In this document: piece after piece, positions 1 to 9,403 of the stretch
Numbering within the stretch: the stretch's first letter is position 1
Layout of the letters: every line of letters begins with the position of its first letter
From: Nitrosopumilaceae archaeon
GTDB lineage: Archaea; Thermoproteota; Nitrososphaeria; Nitrososphaerales; Nitrosopumilaceae
DNA length: 14,620 nucleotides
Assembly: GCA_052389415.1 (NCBI GenBank)
Contig: JBQTHX010000051.1
Coordinates: 1 to 14,620, forward strand
Direction: 5' to 3'
Notes under the pieces: generated by a model
The model's database searches: none
Seen by the model: the letters and a program-made list of their open reading frames with translations, nothing else
What the model was told of the DNA's origin: nothing
Made by a program: the position numbers and the translations under genes

Positions 1-124
1 CAACTGATTCTACCTCAGATTCGACAACTGATACAGCTACAACTGATTCTACCTCAGATTCGACAACTGATACAGCTACAACTGATTCTACCTCAGATTC
101 GACAACTGATACAGCTACAACTGA
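1..124 (+). repeat. Perfect 39-bp coding tandem repeat, 3 full copies plus partial (13-aa unit TDSTSDSTTDTAT); may extend upstream of the window
   Basis: caactgattctacctcagattcgacaactgatacagcta at 1-39, 40-78 and 79-117, followed by caactga. Confidence 0.95.
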
Positions 125-3100
125 ACCTATCCAAGAAGAATCAAATTCAGCTGACACAAGCTCGACTGATACTTCCTCAGATGTAACAACAGATACTTCG
201 AATACAAATTCTGAAACAAGTGACACTAGTTCTAATGAATTACCAACGTCTGATTCTACTTATTCAGACTTAACAGAGACAACTGCACCAGCAGACACCA
301 CGACTGATTCAAGTCAAGATGGTTCTACAACAAGTGATTCTGCACCTGCTGAAACTACAACTGATTCAAGCACAACGGACACTGCATCACCAGAATCTAA
401 TTCCACTGATACAACATCAGACTCGAACTCAACTGATACGACAACAGAAACTACAGAGTCAACAGATGCATCATCTGAAACTAGCGAATCAACTGATACC
501 ACAACTGAACCAGCAGCTTCAGAACAAGCTTCAGAAACAGCAGCTTCAGAAACAGCAGCTTCAGAAACAGCACCAGAGCCTGAAACCGTTGATACAGCAG
601 CTTCGACCAATTCTACTTCACTAGATTCTACTGTTACATTAGAACATGATTCCATTGAGATTGGCAATCCAGTTACCTGGGTTCAAACTGTAACATTATC
701 TGATGAAACAGAGAGTGTTCGAGTCGAGCTTCCTGCTGACGCAGAAATTATTGCAGTCTCTACATCTGATGGACAAGCCATTTCCTCAACAGATATAGTT
801 GAAGAGGCACCACAGACAGTTACTAGTGATTCTGCTCCTGTTATTTCATTAAATGATGTTTCTGAAACCTTGCAGGAAGATGCTGATACTAAACTTGTTG
901 CAATTGACGAACCTGCAACCGGATATGACATCGCATTTGAGACTCCTGCTCCATATACAATAGAAGAGGATCATTCCACTCCAGATCTATACCAAAAAGA
1001 TGTTACCGTAACTCATGATTCCGCTCTACACTATACTGATGTCAGATCATATTCTAGTCTCCCAGAAGATTTGGTTTCACAAGGTGTAGAGTTTAAACTA
1101 TACGGGATGGTTGATGGTGTCAAGACTGATGTAACAACTGATCCTAGATTTGCAGTCGCTTTTGTTGATACTGATGGAAATGGAATTGTTGATCAGATGC
1201 AGTGGACTGTACCACAGTTATCAGAGCAACAGTTTGTTATTGAAGCTCAAATCACAATTCTTAATGTTCAATCATATCCAGTAGTAGGTGGAGAATGGAT
1301 TGTTAGATTTACAACTGTAGGTACTGCGGATCTTACTATTACAGCTATCAACGACACAACATTTGGAGAAACAGCTCCGGATGATCTAAAATTCTTAGAG
1401 TTAAACGATGGCACGCAGACACTTATACCAGAGATATCTGGAAATTCTATAATTTATCAAAACTATTCTAGTGATGCTGAAGGCTTTGAGAGGTCCCTTG
1501 TTCTAACCGAGGGAATACATGATTTAGAATTTAAATTTGGAAATGTTGTACAATTTGCACACAATCATGCTACAGGTAATCCGCCAGCGGCGCCTTCACT
1601 TGACCTTCTAACAGTTTTATCATCATCATCGATCAAATTAGATTGGAGCAGCGGTTCAATAGAGGATGGAGGTCATAATGTTCAAGTTTTTCGCTGTTCA
1701 CCACCTCCATCCTGTACTCTCGGATTAATAGCTACTACAGCCAATAACGCAGTTACTTTTACTGATACCGGCCTTTCTGCTAGCACAGCTTATCTGTACG
1801 CCATTAAAGAAAGGCATGGGGCAAGTAATGTTAGTCCTTTTTCTAATTCCTTGTCAGGAACAACATTAGGTGTTAGTACCTCAGCTGACCTTTCAATATC
1901 AAAATCAGATTTACTTGATCCAGTGGACGAAGGAGATGCCATAACATACACAATTGTAGTTACTAATGGTGGCCCAAGTACAGCAACTAGTCTTACTGTT
2001 ACAGATACGCTCCCTGCTGGAGTCGCATTTGTTAGTGCCACAGGTACAGGCTGGAGCTGTGGAGAATTAGGTGGTATAGTAACCTGTACAAGAGCATCTC
2101 TAGCTGTTGGTGTAGCACCTGATATTACAATTACAGTTACAGCTCCATCACAGGGAGCCTCTTTACTCAATAGTGTTTCAGTATCAAGTTCCACTACTGA
2201 TCCTACTCCTGGTAACAATTCCGATAGTGAAACTACCGCAGTTACAGGCGAAGCAGACGTTGAGGTTTCAAAAGCAGATGATATCGAGCCAGCTCTAGCA
2301 GGTATAGACACCATAATTTACACAGTTACAGTTACCAACAATGATGCTGATGATGACGCAACAAATGTTGTTGTCACAGATGTACTCCCAGCTGGAGTCA
2401 CATATGTCAGCGATACACCATCACAAGGATCATTTGCTTCTGGTACTGGCATATGGACAGTCGGTACATTAACACCGGGTCAAACTGAAACACTAGACAT
2501 TGAAGTTACTGTAGATGTTGCCACGCCAAGTGGTATAATCACAAACACCGCATCTGTAGTTTCAGACAATGATCAGACTGCCGGAAATGATTCAGATTCA
2601 GAAGACACTACTATCATAGGCGAAGCAGACGTTTCAGTAGACAAATCAGGATCCTCCTATGCTATTGTTGGCAACGATTTAGTTTACACCGTTTCAGTTA
2701 CAAACAATGATGCTGACGATGCAGCAACAAGTGTTGTTGTTACAGACGTTCTCCCAGCTGGGGTCACATATGTATCTCCAGCAGTTCCAGACATTTGTAC
2801 TGAAGGACCAGCAGGCACTCTGACATGTGACTTTGGTTCAGTAGCAGCTGGTGCAACTGAGAGTGTTGACATTACAGTAACCGTGGACGCAGATACTATA
2901 GCTGGTACAATAACAAACACAGCATCAGTTTCATCAACTAATGACCAGAACGGTACAAATGATTCAGACAGTGTATCTACTACCGTGTTACCGGCAGTCT
3001 TGATTACAAATGGAGCTGCATATCCTGGATTTGATAAATTAAGTGATGTTGCAGGACGTCAGTTCAATCATATACTCACTCATTATGATCAAACCTACTA

Positions 3101-3881
3101 CAAAGTAACTGCCACCAACCCAGGACAATTCTTTGGTTACTTCTTCTTTGTAGGTGAACCAGGATCAGAAATATCTGCGACCGAGTTAATTACAACCCTT
3201 CCATTCCCATTTGTTACACAAGGAGCTGAACCAATCAAAGTTTATGATACAGCTGCTCTAGTTGATGGCTCGATTCAGCTATCTGGTGATACGCCATTTA
3301 CAGTTTCAGGCACTGACACAACAACTCCAAGTGGTGCTCTTGCAGTAGAATTGGCAGATTATGATCCACAAGACTTTGGAGAAACAGTACCGCTTGAATT
3401 TACAGGTACAGTACCAAGTTCAGGATTATTTGCAATAAAGGTCAAACTAGATTGGGGACTCAAGGCAAGCTACTCCTATCTACCAGACATTCCAACTAAT
3501 GATGCTGTAGGACAAGCACCAAATACTCTAAGAATAGTTCACCTAGATGACTTTACATTCGTACTAACAGGTGATGTTTCTGGTTCTGAAACTATAGAAA
3601 ATAACAACATCTTCAAGAATGATCCAGGATTTGCAGGACTGGTTCTAAGCTCTTCTGACAACACTCCAGTTCCTAACGTAAAGATAGAGTTTTGGACCTC
3701 TGGTACTGGAGCAAAGAAACTTGGTGAAACCTTTACAGATGAGAATGGATACTATTCTTACTATTACAAGCACACAGGAAAGGCAACCACCTATATCGTG
3801 AAACTTCCAGACTATGGCCAGCAACAATCAGTGACACTAAAATCCAATCAATTTGCAATCTTGCAATTTTTTGTATCTTAA
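3..3881 (+). CDS. Very large surface protein, 5'-truncated (>1290 aa): Ser/Thr/Asp-rich stalk, beta-rich domains, FN3, three DUF11 Ig-like domains, C-terminal carboxypeptidase-regulatory-like domain
   Basis: The frame of ORF 870..3881 is open from position 3 (TDSTSDSTTDTAT...), so TTG 870 is internal. FN3-like segment at ~1581-1866 (PPAAP..IKLDWS..FTDTGLSASTAYLY). DUF11-like repeats start at ~1881, 2250 and 2622 (ADxxxxK..I/LxYTxxVTN..AT.xVTDxLPAGV). C-terminus reads GLVLSSSDNTPVPNVKIEF..TDENGYY. Confidence 0.9.
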   Translation, partial: TDSTSDSTTDTATTDSTSDSTTDTATTDSTSDSTTDTATTEPIQEESNSADTSSTDTSSDVTTDTSNTNSETSDTSSNELPTSDSTYSDLTETTAPADTTTDSSQDGSTTSDSAPAETTTDSSTTDTASPESNSTDTTSDSNSTDTTTETTESTDASSETSESTDTTTEPAASEQASETAASETAASETAPEPETVDTAASTNSTSLDSTVTLEHDSIEIGNPVTWVQTVTLSDETESVRVELPADAEIIAVSTSDGQAISSTDIVEEAPQTVTSDSAPVISLNDVSETLQEDADTKLVAIDEPATGYDIAFETPAPYTIEEDHSTPDLYQKDVTVTHDSALHYTDVRSYSSLPEDLVSQGVEFKLYGMVDGVKTDVTTDPRFAVAFVDTDGNGIVDQMQWTVPQLSEQQFVIEAQITILNVQSYPVVGGEWIVRFTTVGTADLTITAINDTTFGETAPDDLKFLELNDGTQTLIPEISGNSIIYQNYSSDAEGFERSLVLTEGIHDLEFKFGNVVQFAHNHATGNPPAAPSLDLLTVLSSSSIKLDWSSGSIEDGGHNVQVFRCSPPPSCTLGLIATTANNAVTFTDTGLSASTAYLYAIKERHGASNVSPFSNSLSGTTLGVSTSADLSISKSDLLDPVDEGDAITYTIVVTNGGPSTATSLTVTDTLPAGVAFVSATGTGWSCGELGGIVTCTRASLAVGVAPDITITVTAPSQGASLLNSVSVSSSTTDPTPGNNSDSETTAVTGEADVEVSKADDIEPALAGIDTIIYTVTVTNNDADDDATNVVVTDVLPAGVTYVSDTPSQGSFASGTGIWTVGTLTPGQTETLDIEVTVDVATPSGIITNTASVVSDNDQTAGNDSDSEDTTIIGEADVSVDKSGSSYAIVGNDLVYTVSVTNNDADDAATSVVVTDVLPAGVTYVSPAVPDICTEGPAGTLTCDFGSVAAGATESVDITVTVDADTIAGTITNTASVSSTNDQNGTNDSDSVSTTVLPAVLITNGAAYPGFDKLSDVAGRQFNHILTHYDQTYYKVTATNPGQFFGYFFFVGEPGSEISATELITTLPFPFVTQGAEPIKVYDTAALVDGSIQLSGDTPFTVSGTDTTTPSGALAVELADYDPQDFGETVPLEFTGTVPSSGLFAIKVKLDWGLKASYSYLPDIPTNDAVGQAPNTLRIVHLDDFTFVLTGDVSGSETIENNNIFKNDPGFAGLVLSSSDNTPVPNVKIEFWTSGTGAKKLGETFTDENGYYSYYYKHTGKATTYIVKLPDYGQQQSVTLKSNQFAILQFFVS
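528..572 (+). repeat. 15-bp coding tandem repeat x3 (ASETA)
   Basis: gcttcagaaacagca at 528, 543 and 558, preceded by a degenerate copy. Confidence 0.9.
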
Positions 3882-3943
3882 TTCAAAACAATAGATAAAT
3901 CATTAACCAAGTTTAATTAGCACAAAATCATTAAACCTGCACA

Positions 3944-4183
3944 ATGAGCAAGAAAGGCACGATAATAGGTATAATAGTTGCAGTTGTTGCTTTAGCAGGA
4001 ATCCTGACTTATACCAACATTTTCGAGCTAGCAAAACCTGGAATCGAGTCAGGAATAGATTCTGCAAAAGACGCCGTCTCTCAAATAGAGGGAAAAACAG
4101 TGGTAGATGCTGCTGACAAAGTAGCAGACAAGGTCAAAAACGTAACTGATAAGATCGAAGTAACAAACCCACTAGCACCGTAA
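3944..4183 (+). CDS. Small membrane-anchored hypothetical protein (79 aa)
   Basis: MSKK followed by hydrophobic IIGIIVAVVALAGILTY and an amphipathic helical tail; TATA-like tttaatta at 3912-3919. Confidence 0.8.
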   Translation: MSKKGTIIGIIVAVVALAGILTYTNIFELAKPGIESGIDSAKDAVSQIEGKTVVDAADKVADKVKNVTDKIEVTNPLAP

Positions 4184-4347
4184 AAATAATTTTTCTAAAC
4201 TAAAAATAGATAATTTCCAACTGGAGCTCTAACATGATAAATCAGACAAATTGATCTTTGAAACAGATCCATGTTGAAGATCAGCTATGTTGTTGTAAAG
4301 AACAATTCCTTCCACAGATTTATTAACAAACAAGAAAAGCTGCAATT

Positions 4348-4524
4348 ATGGAACAAGCATTGACATGCGCAAATCACACAGAGGAAGTGGTCCTCAGACA
4401 GATAGGATGGAATCATTTTAACTGTCCCAAGTGTGGAAGCGACTATTCTATAGGAAGAAAGGTAGTACTGTTAGATCCAGAACCTGTCCAACATTTTAAA
4501 AGACAGTTTCCTAAAAAATCCTAA
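4348..4524 (+). CDS. Small zinc-ribbon-like protein (58 aa; CxxH...CPxCG), not in the ORF track
   Basis: Manual translation: MEQALTCANHTEEVVLRQIGWNHFNCPKCGSDYSIGRKVVLLDPEPVQHFKRQFPKKS*. TATA-like tttattaa at 4319-4326. Confidence 0.75.
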   Translation: MEQALTCANHTEEVVLRQIGWNHFNCPKCGSDYSIGRKVVLLDPEPVQHFKRQFPKKS

Positions 4525-4600
4525 GACCTAGGATAAATTTTTGGCATTTTCTAATTTGGCAGAGGCTATTTTTATATCAAAAGTTCCAACCTGATTTTGC

Positions 4601-5656
4601 TTGTTAAACAATCCAGATGTTGCCAAAGGTGTTCAATTAACCGATAGTGTTACAAACGCAATAAAGATAGAAAAAGGAGACATCTCTTTTGGTGCAATAA
4701 ATCCTCAAACCAACGCAATCTACCTAGGGTATAGGGACTCGAACATGATTCTAGCTGTGGATATTTTCACCAAAGTCTTGACAAAGGTTCCCATCTTAAA
4801 ACCAAAGTACATTCAAGTCAATCCACAAACAAATATGGTCTATGTAATTACAAATGGTACTGTCTCTATCATTGACGGTGCCACAAACAAGCTAGTCAAG
4901 GAAATAGATGAGGACGCACCATTTGCAAAATTCCTATCAATCAACCCATCAAAGAATTTGGTTTATGTCACCTACAGCAACGCATCTGACAAGTCAAGGA
5001 AAAAAGATCCGATTGATAAACTAGCCGTATTTGATGCTACAACATTTTCAAAAATTAAAGAGACCAGTCTAGGATTAAAGGAACCTTCAGGGTTGGCAGT
5101 AGACTTGCAATCCAATCTGGTCCATGTGGCCAATTCTAAAATCAGCTCCATATCTGTACTGGATGGAATCTCGCTTGCTCTCACAGACACTATATCTGTC
5201 CCAGGTGAAAAGCATGGGTGGCTGGCCAACAACTGGCAAAGATTAGACAATATAGTAATGATAAACAACAATACAAAATTATTGTATGTCGTTGGAACCA
5301 CCGGCTCGTCTGGAGATGGAGGGGGAGCAGAGCAGTTTTGCATTTATGTTGTATATCTTGACGATAAACAGCTAGTGCACAAGCTGACCTTGGATGGCAG
5401 CGCATCAGAAATTTGTTCAAGCGTTGTGATTAATCAACAAAACGAGAAAGTTTACGTAAGAAAGCCAACAAAGAATGCAATTCAAATAATGGATGGTTTT
5501 GCAAAGGCAAGCATGGCAGATGTCGAGTTGACAAAGGTGGGATTTTTTAAAAAAATGTTTTCTGACAAATCTGATCCAATAATTTTCAATCCATCCACAA
5601 GCAAGTTGTACCAGGCAGACGGTAAATCTGGACTCTTGCTTGAAATAGATGGATAA
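4601..5656 (+). CDS. YVTN/YncE-family beta-propeller repeat protein
   Basis: Repeated blades INPQTNAIY, VNPQTNMVYV..VSIIDGATNK, INPSKNLVYV, VDLQSNLVHVANS..ISVLDG, FNPSTSKLY. TATA ttttatat at ~4571. No signal peptide. Confidence 0.85.
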   Translation: MLNNPDVAKGVQLTDSVTNAIKIEKGDISFGAINPQTNAIYLGYRDSNMILAVDIFTKVLTKVPILKPKYIQVNPQTNMVYVITNGTVSIIDGATNKLVKEIDEDAPFAKFLSINPSKNLVYVTYSNASDKSRKKDPIDKLAVFDATTFSKIKETSLGLKEPSGLAVDLQSNLVHVANSKISSISVLDGISLALTDTISVPGEKHGWLANNWQRLDNIVMINNNTKLLYVVGTTGSSGDGGGAEQFCIYVVYLDDKQLVHKLTLDGSASEICSSVVINQQNEKVYVRKPTKNAIQIMDGFAKASMADVELTKVGFFKKMFSDKSDPIIFNPSTSKLYQADGKSGLLLEIDG

Positions 5657-5876
5657 GAAATTATTTTCCAAATAATGATTATCTTAGTAAAACTATACTA
5701 GAATCTAATCCTTGGAAATTATCAAATTATTTTATATCATTTATCTGAGTTGTTGATGGGACATTTTCTAGGAATAAAATGTCTCTTTTTGGGACATTTT
5801 TGACAAAATCTCATCTTTGCTCATTTCTTAGGAACAAATACGCATCTTTTTGCGCGTTTTCGAATTGAAAAAGAAT

Positions 5877-6875
5877 CTAGTATCTTATGGTTCCAAAAAT
5901 TTTGGTTCTTCCAAGGATTGCAACCATTCCTATTACAACTGCAATCACACCAATTACAGCAACAGGAAATTCCGGTATTACCTGAGTCCCAATAACGGAA
6001 AACTCGTGAGTACCAGCTGAGTACTCCAATTCTAGTGTTTCTCCTAGGTCATCAGTGGTAAATTCTTTAGTCTCTTGACCATCCACCATTACAACAAATG
6101 GCCCTTTGAGTACACTTCCTAGACCTAGACGAGTCTTGCCATATTCGTCTCCATCTGCCGTAAACGATATCTCCTTGTTTGCCTCGTCTAATCCAAATTT
6201 AGTAACTGAAGAAGAGCTCTGCACCATGACATCAACATTTTCTCCACTGACTGAAACTGGAATGGTTCTTGCTTCTAGTTTGATTGGCTCTGTAGGCATC
6301 GGTGTTTCAGGTGGACTCTCTATTCCTATTGCATTTGAAATGTTTAGAGTCTTTACAGAATCATCAAACTTGCCAACAGCTCCATCATACTCTGATTCAG
6401 GAGAGATAAACATTACAGATATCCAATGAGTTTCGGTTTGAGCTGAAATAATTTTTGACTTTGTAACGTTACCATCATCGTCAGTGCAGGATACTACAGT
6501 CTCAGTTCCAGCTGCACCGCTTACTGTTACTGATCTTGTTGATAGAGTATCACATAATGATTGTCCTTGTGACGGATCAGTTGGTGGCGAGTCTACTTTT
6601 GTTTTTTCACTCATCATCAGAGTCATGGCTTGACTTACCTCTCCTTGTGATTCCATTCCTCCAGGAGAGGCTGTAGCCATTGTTCCTTGTGGAGTCTCCA
6701 TTGCTATTCCTGACCAGCCATCCGGAAATGTTATTGTGACTCCCACATCGTCGTTAGAATATTCTCCACTTACTTCTTCCATCTGAGGAATCGCTGGCCC
6801 TCCATATTGCGCAAATGCGGCGTTTAATGAAAAGGACAAAATGATTACAGATAAAACCAAAAACCCAGATCGCAT
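5877..6875 (-). CDS. Secreted protein with PEF(G)-CTERM archaeal sorting tail; N-terminal PsbP/DcrB-like domain (tentative)
   Basis: Signal peptide ends in AAFA. C-terminus is IGTQVIPEFP + hydrophobic helix + basic GRTK tail. ATG 6875 is preferred over TTG 6884 because TATA (TTTTTATA, minus strand 6898-6905) sits about 23 nt upstream of it. Confidence 0.85.
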   Translation of the reverse strand: MRSGFLVLSVIILSFSLNAAFAQYGGPAIPQMEEVSGEYSNDDVGVTITFPDGWSGIAMETPQGTMATASPGGMESQGEVSQAMTLMMSEKTKVDSPPTDPSQGQSLCDTLSTRSVTVSGAAGTETVVSCTDDDGNVTKSKIISAQTETHWISVMFISPESEYDGAVGKFDDSVKTLNISNAIGIESPPETPMPTEPIKLEARTIPVSVSGENVDVMVQSSSSVTKFGLDEANKEISFTADGDEYGKTRLGLGSVLKGPFVVMVDGQETKEFTTDDLGETLELEYSAGTHEFSVIGTQVIPEFPVAVIGVIAVVIGMVAILGRTKIFGTIRY

Positions 6876-6954
6876 TACAAGCAAGAATAATTACTGGTAT
6901 AAAAATATGATCGAAGACAAAGTTAAGGAGGTATTGTACGAGTTCTGATTTGTC

Positions 6955-8466
6955 TTAAGCAATCTTTTGTACAACAATCATTGCTTTGTTGTGCTCTTTC
7001 TGTTTTAGATCACTCATTGACTTTACATCTTCTCTGTCAGATTTTCCAACGTTGCTTGGATACTTGAAGACCTTGTCAGTTTTTATCACTTGACTATCAA
7101 ATGATTTCTGTGGGAACTTGGAATCAGAAAATTCTTGCGCTCTGACTTTTTCTTCTGCTACCTTGTTCCAGAATCCATCATCATGTCTTTCTGATTTTCC
7201 AATGTGGCTTCCATAAACGACAGACTCGTCATTTACTTGAGCTGGATTTACGTCAAGGTTGCCAAAGGAATCGTATGTTAGCATGTTTCCATCTGCATCT
7301 ATTACAAACTGGTTCCATGCTGGATTCTTGTAGTATGGAATGACTGCTGCTGCTGTGATTGTTTCTTCAGATGTTAATGATTCTCCTTGAATTTCAAATG
7401 CTCCAAATATGATAGTGTTCTGGTGGTTTCTGTACTCGTCTTCTGCGTTAATTACTAGATCAGTTATTGGCATCGGTTTTTGTGGAGTAAAGACAAAGGT
7501 CAAGATCATCTCTGTTTCTGTGAATGTTCTGTGTACTTCGACATCTCCAAAGAATCCGTTTGGATCTGATACTGTTAGCTGTCCGCTTTCTTCTATATAC
7601 ATAAAGTAAGTATCTGCTTTTTGAATCTCCAGATAGTCAAAAAACATGTTTACTACAACTCGTTTGATTGAATCAATTCCGTTATTGTCATATACATTTA
7701 CTTGTAATCGTTGCTCTACTCCAGTGTTCATAATCTGTGTTGGTATGTCATTAGAGTATCCTGTTAATCTTCCACCAAAGTTGTTGGCTGGTGCTCCCTC
7801 CTCCACTGAAGAGAAGCTGATTCTGCTGGTTGCTGGAGGTGTGATATCAAATGATAGTCCGCCTCTTCTAATCAATTCTGAATTTACTTGTTGGGATGAT
7901 TCGTTAGATTCAGAGTTGTCTGCTACAAATGATTCCGCTTCTATGCTTTCATTGCTCTCTGATTCATTGATTGATTCTTCTTCAACTATGCATTCGCCAA
8001 TATAGTCTCCATGTTGTTCTAGGTGTGCTGGCACTGAACTGTCTGCAACATCGATGGTCACAGGGTTTTCTGGGTCACCTTGAGGAAAGTGGCATATTGT
8101 TGTCTTGTTTTCTTGATTGTTACTGTTGCCAGATTCTTCATTGCTTTGTGATACATTGCTCTCTGATTCAGATTGTTCATTAACTATGCATTCGCCTAGG
8201 TAATCTCCGTGTTGATCAAGATGCGTTTGAACTGAACTGTCTGCAACATCGATTGTTTGAGGATTTTCTGGGTTTCCAGGAGGATAGTGGCATATTGTTG
8301 TCTTGTTTTCTTCTTGGTTATTGGATTGGCCATTTCCGTTACCTGCAGCATAAGCGTCAGTGAATGCAGACGGGAGAACTATCGTTAGTGCGCCGGTAAC
8401 TAGCACTGTGGCTAGGACGATACTGAACAGGTTTGGAATTTGGTGATTTCCAATTTTGGTCTGCAT
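6955..8466 (-). CDS. Secreted protein with two Cys/His 'TTICH.P.G.P' modules, acidic linkers and a C-terminal beta-rich domain
   Basis: Signal peptide ends in DAYA. Two copies of KTTICHxPxGxPENPxTIDVADSSVxxHLxQHGDYxGEC. ESESN-rich linkers. No C-terminal TM segment. Confidence 0.85.
   Translation of the reverse strand: MQTKIGNHQIPNLFSIVLATVLVTGALTIVLPSAFTDAYAAGNGNGQSNNQEENKTTICHYPPGNPENPQTIDVADSSVQTHLDQHGDYLGECIVNEQSESESNVSQSNEESGNSNNQENKTTICHFPQGDPENPVTIDVADSSVPAHLEQHGDYIGECIVEEESINESESNESIEAESFVADNSESNESSQQVNSELIRRGGLSFDITPPATSRISFSSVEEGAPANNFGGRLTGYSNDIPTQIMNTGVEQRLQVNVYDNNGIDSIKRVVVNMFFDYLEIQKADTYFMYIEESGQLTVSDPNGFFGDVEVHRTFTETEMILTFVFTPQKPMPITDLVINAEDEYRNHQNTIIFGAFEIQGESLTSEETITAAAVIPYYKNPAWNQFVIDADGNMLTYDSFGNLDVNPAQVNDESVVYGSHIGKSERHDDGFWNKVAEEKVRAQEFSDSKFPQKSFDSQVIKTDKVFKYPSNVGKSDREDVKSMSDLKQKEHNKAMIVVQKIA
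7984..8311 (-). repeat. Internal ~130-bp direct duplication (198-nt offset) encoding the Cys/His module
   Basis: 7984-8113 and 8182-8311 share aactatgcattcgcc, actgaactgtctgcaacatcgat and agtggcatattgttgtcttgttttct. Confidence 0.9.
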
Positions 8467-8552
8467 AGTTCTGAAATTGGAAATTAGATATTAAAATACC
8501 CCCTGCCAAATTTGGAAATCAGGAATTTACGAACAAATTTCCAAAAAAGGTA
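8448..8552. promoter_or_regulatory. Cluster of TTCC-N6-GGAA-like palindromes around the promoter of the 6955-8466 gene
   Basis: TTCCAATTTTGGTC (8448), TTCTGAAATTGGAA (8469), TGCCAAATTTGGAA (8504) and TTCCAAAAAAGGTA (8539) flank a minus-strand TATA at ~8488-8496. Confidence 0.55.
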
Positions 8553-8710
8553 ATAAGACTTTGTCTGTTATTTATATTACAGCGATCATCAAGGTGATGT
8601 TCTAGAATTCATTCCTTTAGTCGTAAAGTTGATAAAAATACGAAGATCATCGCTTTGGTCCATCTTAAAGACAAATATCGCCGTTTGGAAAAATTCTATT
8701 TGAAATCAAA

Positions 8711-9403
8711 TTGTATGATTCAATCATTTTAGATTTGAAAAAGCTTGGAAACAAGGAAAAGGCCAAGGTCATGTCTGGATTTTTCAAGACAGGCAAAGGT
8801 CAGTATGGGGAAGGAGACGAATTTCTTGGGATTACAGTACCAGAGCAAAGAAAGATTGCTAAAAAATATACAAAGACTAGTCTTGCTGATGTAAAAAAAT
8901 TGCTTGAAAACAGGATACATGAATGCAGGCTGGTTGCATTATTAATTTTGGTAGAAAAATTCAAAGGCGAATCACAAAGAAAAAAGATTGTAGACTTTTA
9001 TCTTGATAATGTCAGATATGTAAACAACTGGGACCTTGTAGACCTTTCTGCAGACAAGATTCTTGGTCAGTTTGTTTTAGACAAGGACACATCCATTCTA
9101 AAAAAATTCGCAGGATCAAAGAATTTGTGGGAAAGAAGAATAGCAATTGTTTCCACGTTTACATTCATCAAACAAAACAGATTTGATGAAACTCTGAAAA
9201 TATCAAAATTATTAATTTCTGACAAACAAGATCTTATCCACAAGGCAGTAGGGTGGATGTTACGCGAAGTTGGAAAAAGAAACAAAAAGACAGAAATCGA
9301 TTTTTTAAAACAATATTACACCAAGATGCCAAGAACCATGCTTCGATATTCTATAGAAAGATTTTCAGATTCTGAAAAGAAATTTTTTATGAAGATACAT
9401 TAG
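8711..9403 (+). CDS. alkD: DNA alkylation repair protein (AlkD-like HEAT-repeat DNA glycosylase family)
   Basis: Family motifs FFKTGKGQYGEGDEFLGITVP, NNWDLVD, WERRIAIVST, DLIHKAVGWMLREVGKR, MPRTMLRYSIE. Confidence 0.9.
   Translation: MYDSIILDLKKLGNKEKAKVMSGFFKTGKGQYGEGDEFLGITVPEQRKIAKKYTKTSLADVKKLLENRIHECRLVALLILVEKFKGESQRKKIVDFYLDNVRYVNNWDLVDLSADKILGQFVLDKDTSILKKFAGSKNLWERRIAIVSTFTFIKQNRFDETLKISKLLISDKQDLIHKAVGWMLREVGKRNKKTEIDFLKQYYTKMPRTMLRYSIERFSDSEKKFFMKIH

Noticed and set aside
1-124. 39-bp repeats as a CRISPR array
   Set aside because: The units are directly adjacent with no spacers, are a multiple of 3 and lie in frame in a CDS; no cas genes are present
870-872. TTG 870 as the start of the large protein
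   Set aside because: The frame has no stop upstream to the window edge and no signal peptide follows this codon
314-931. ORFs 314..667(-), 319..624(+) and 683..931(-)
   Set aside because: Shadow frames of the low-complexity region of the long plus-strand CDS that is open from position 3
5756-5824. Tiny ORFs within the intergenic repeats (MGHFLGIKCLFLGHF on plus; MSKDEILSKMSQKETFYS on minus)
   Set aside because: Under 20 codons, with no motif or other support
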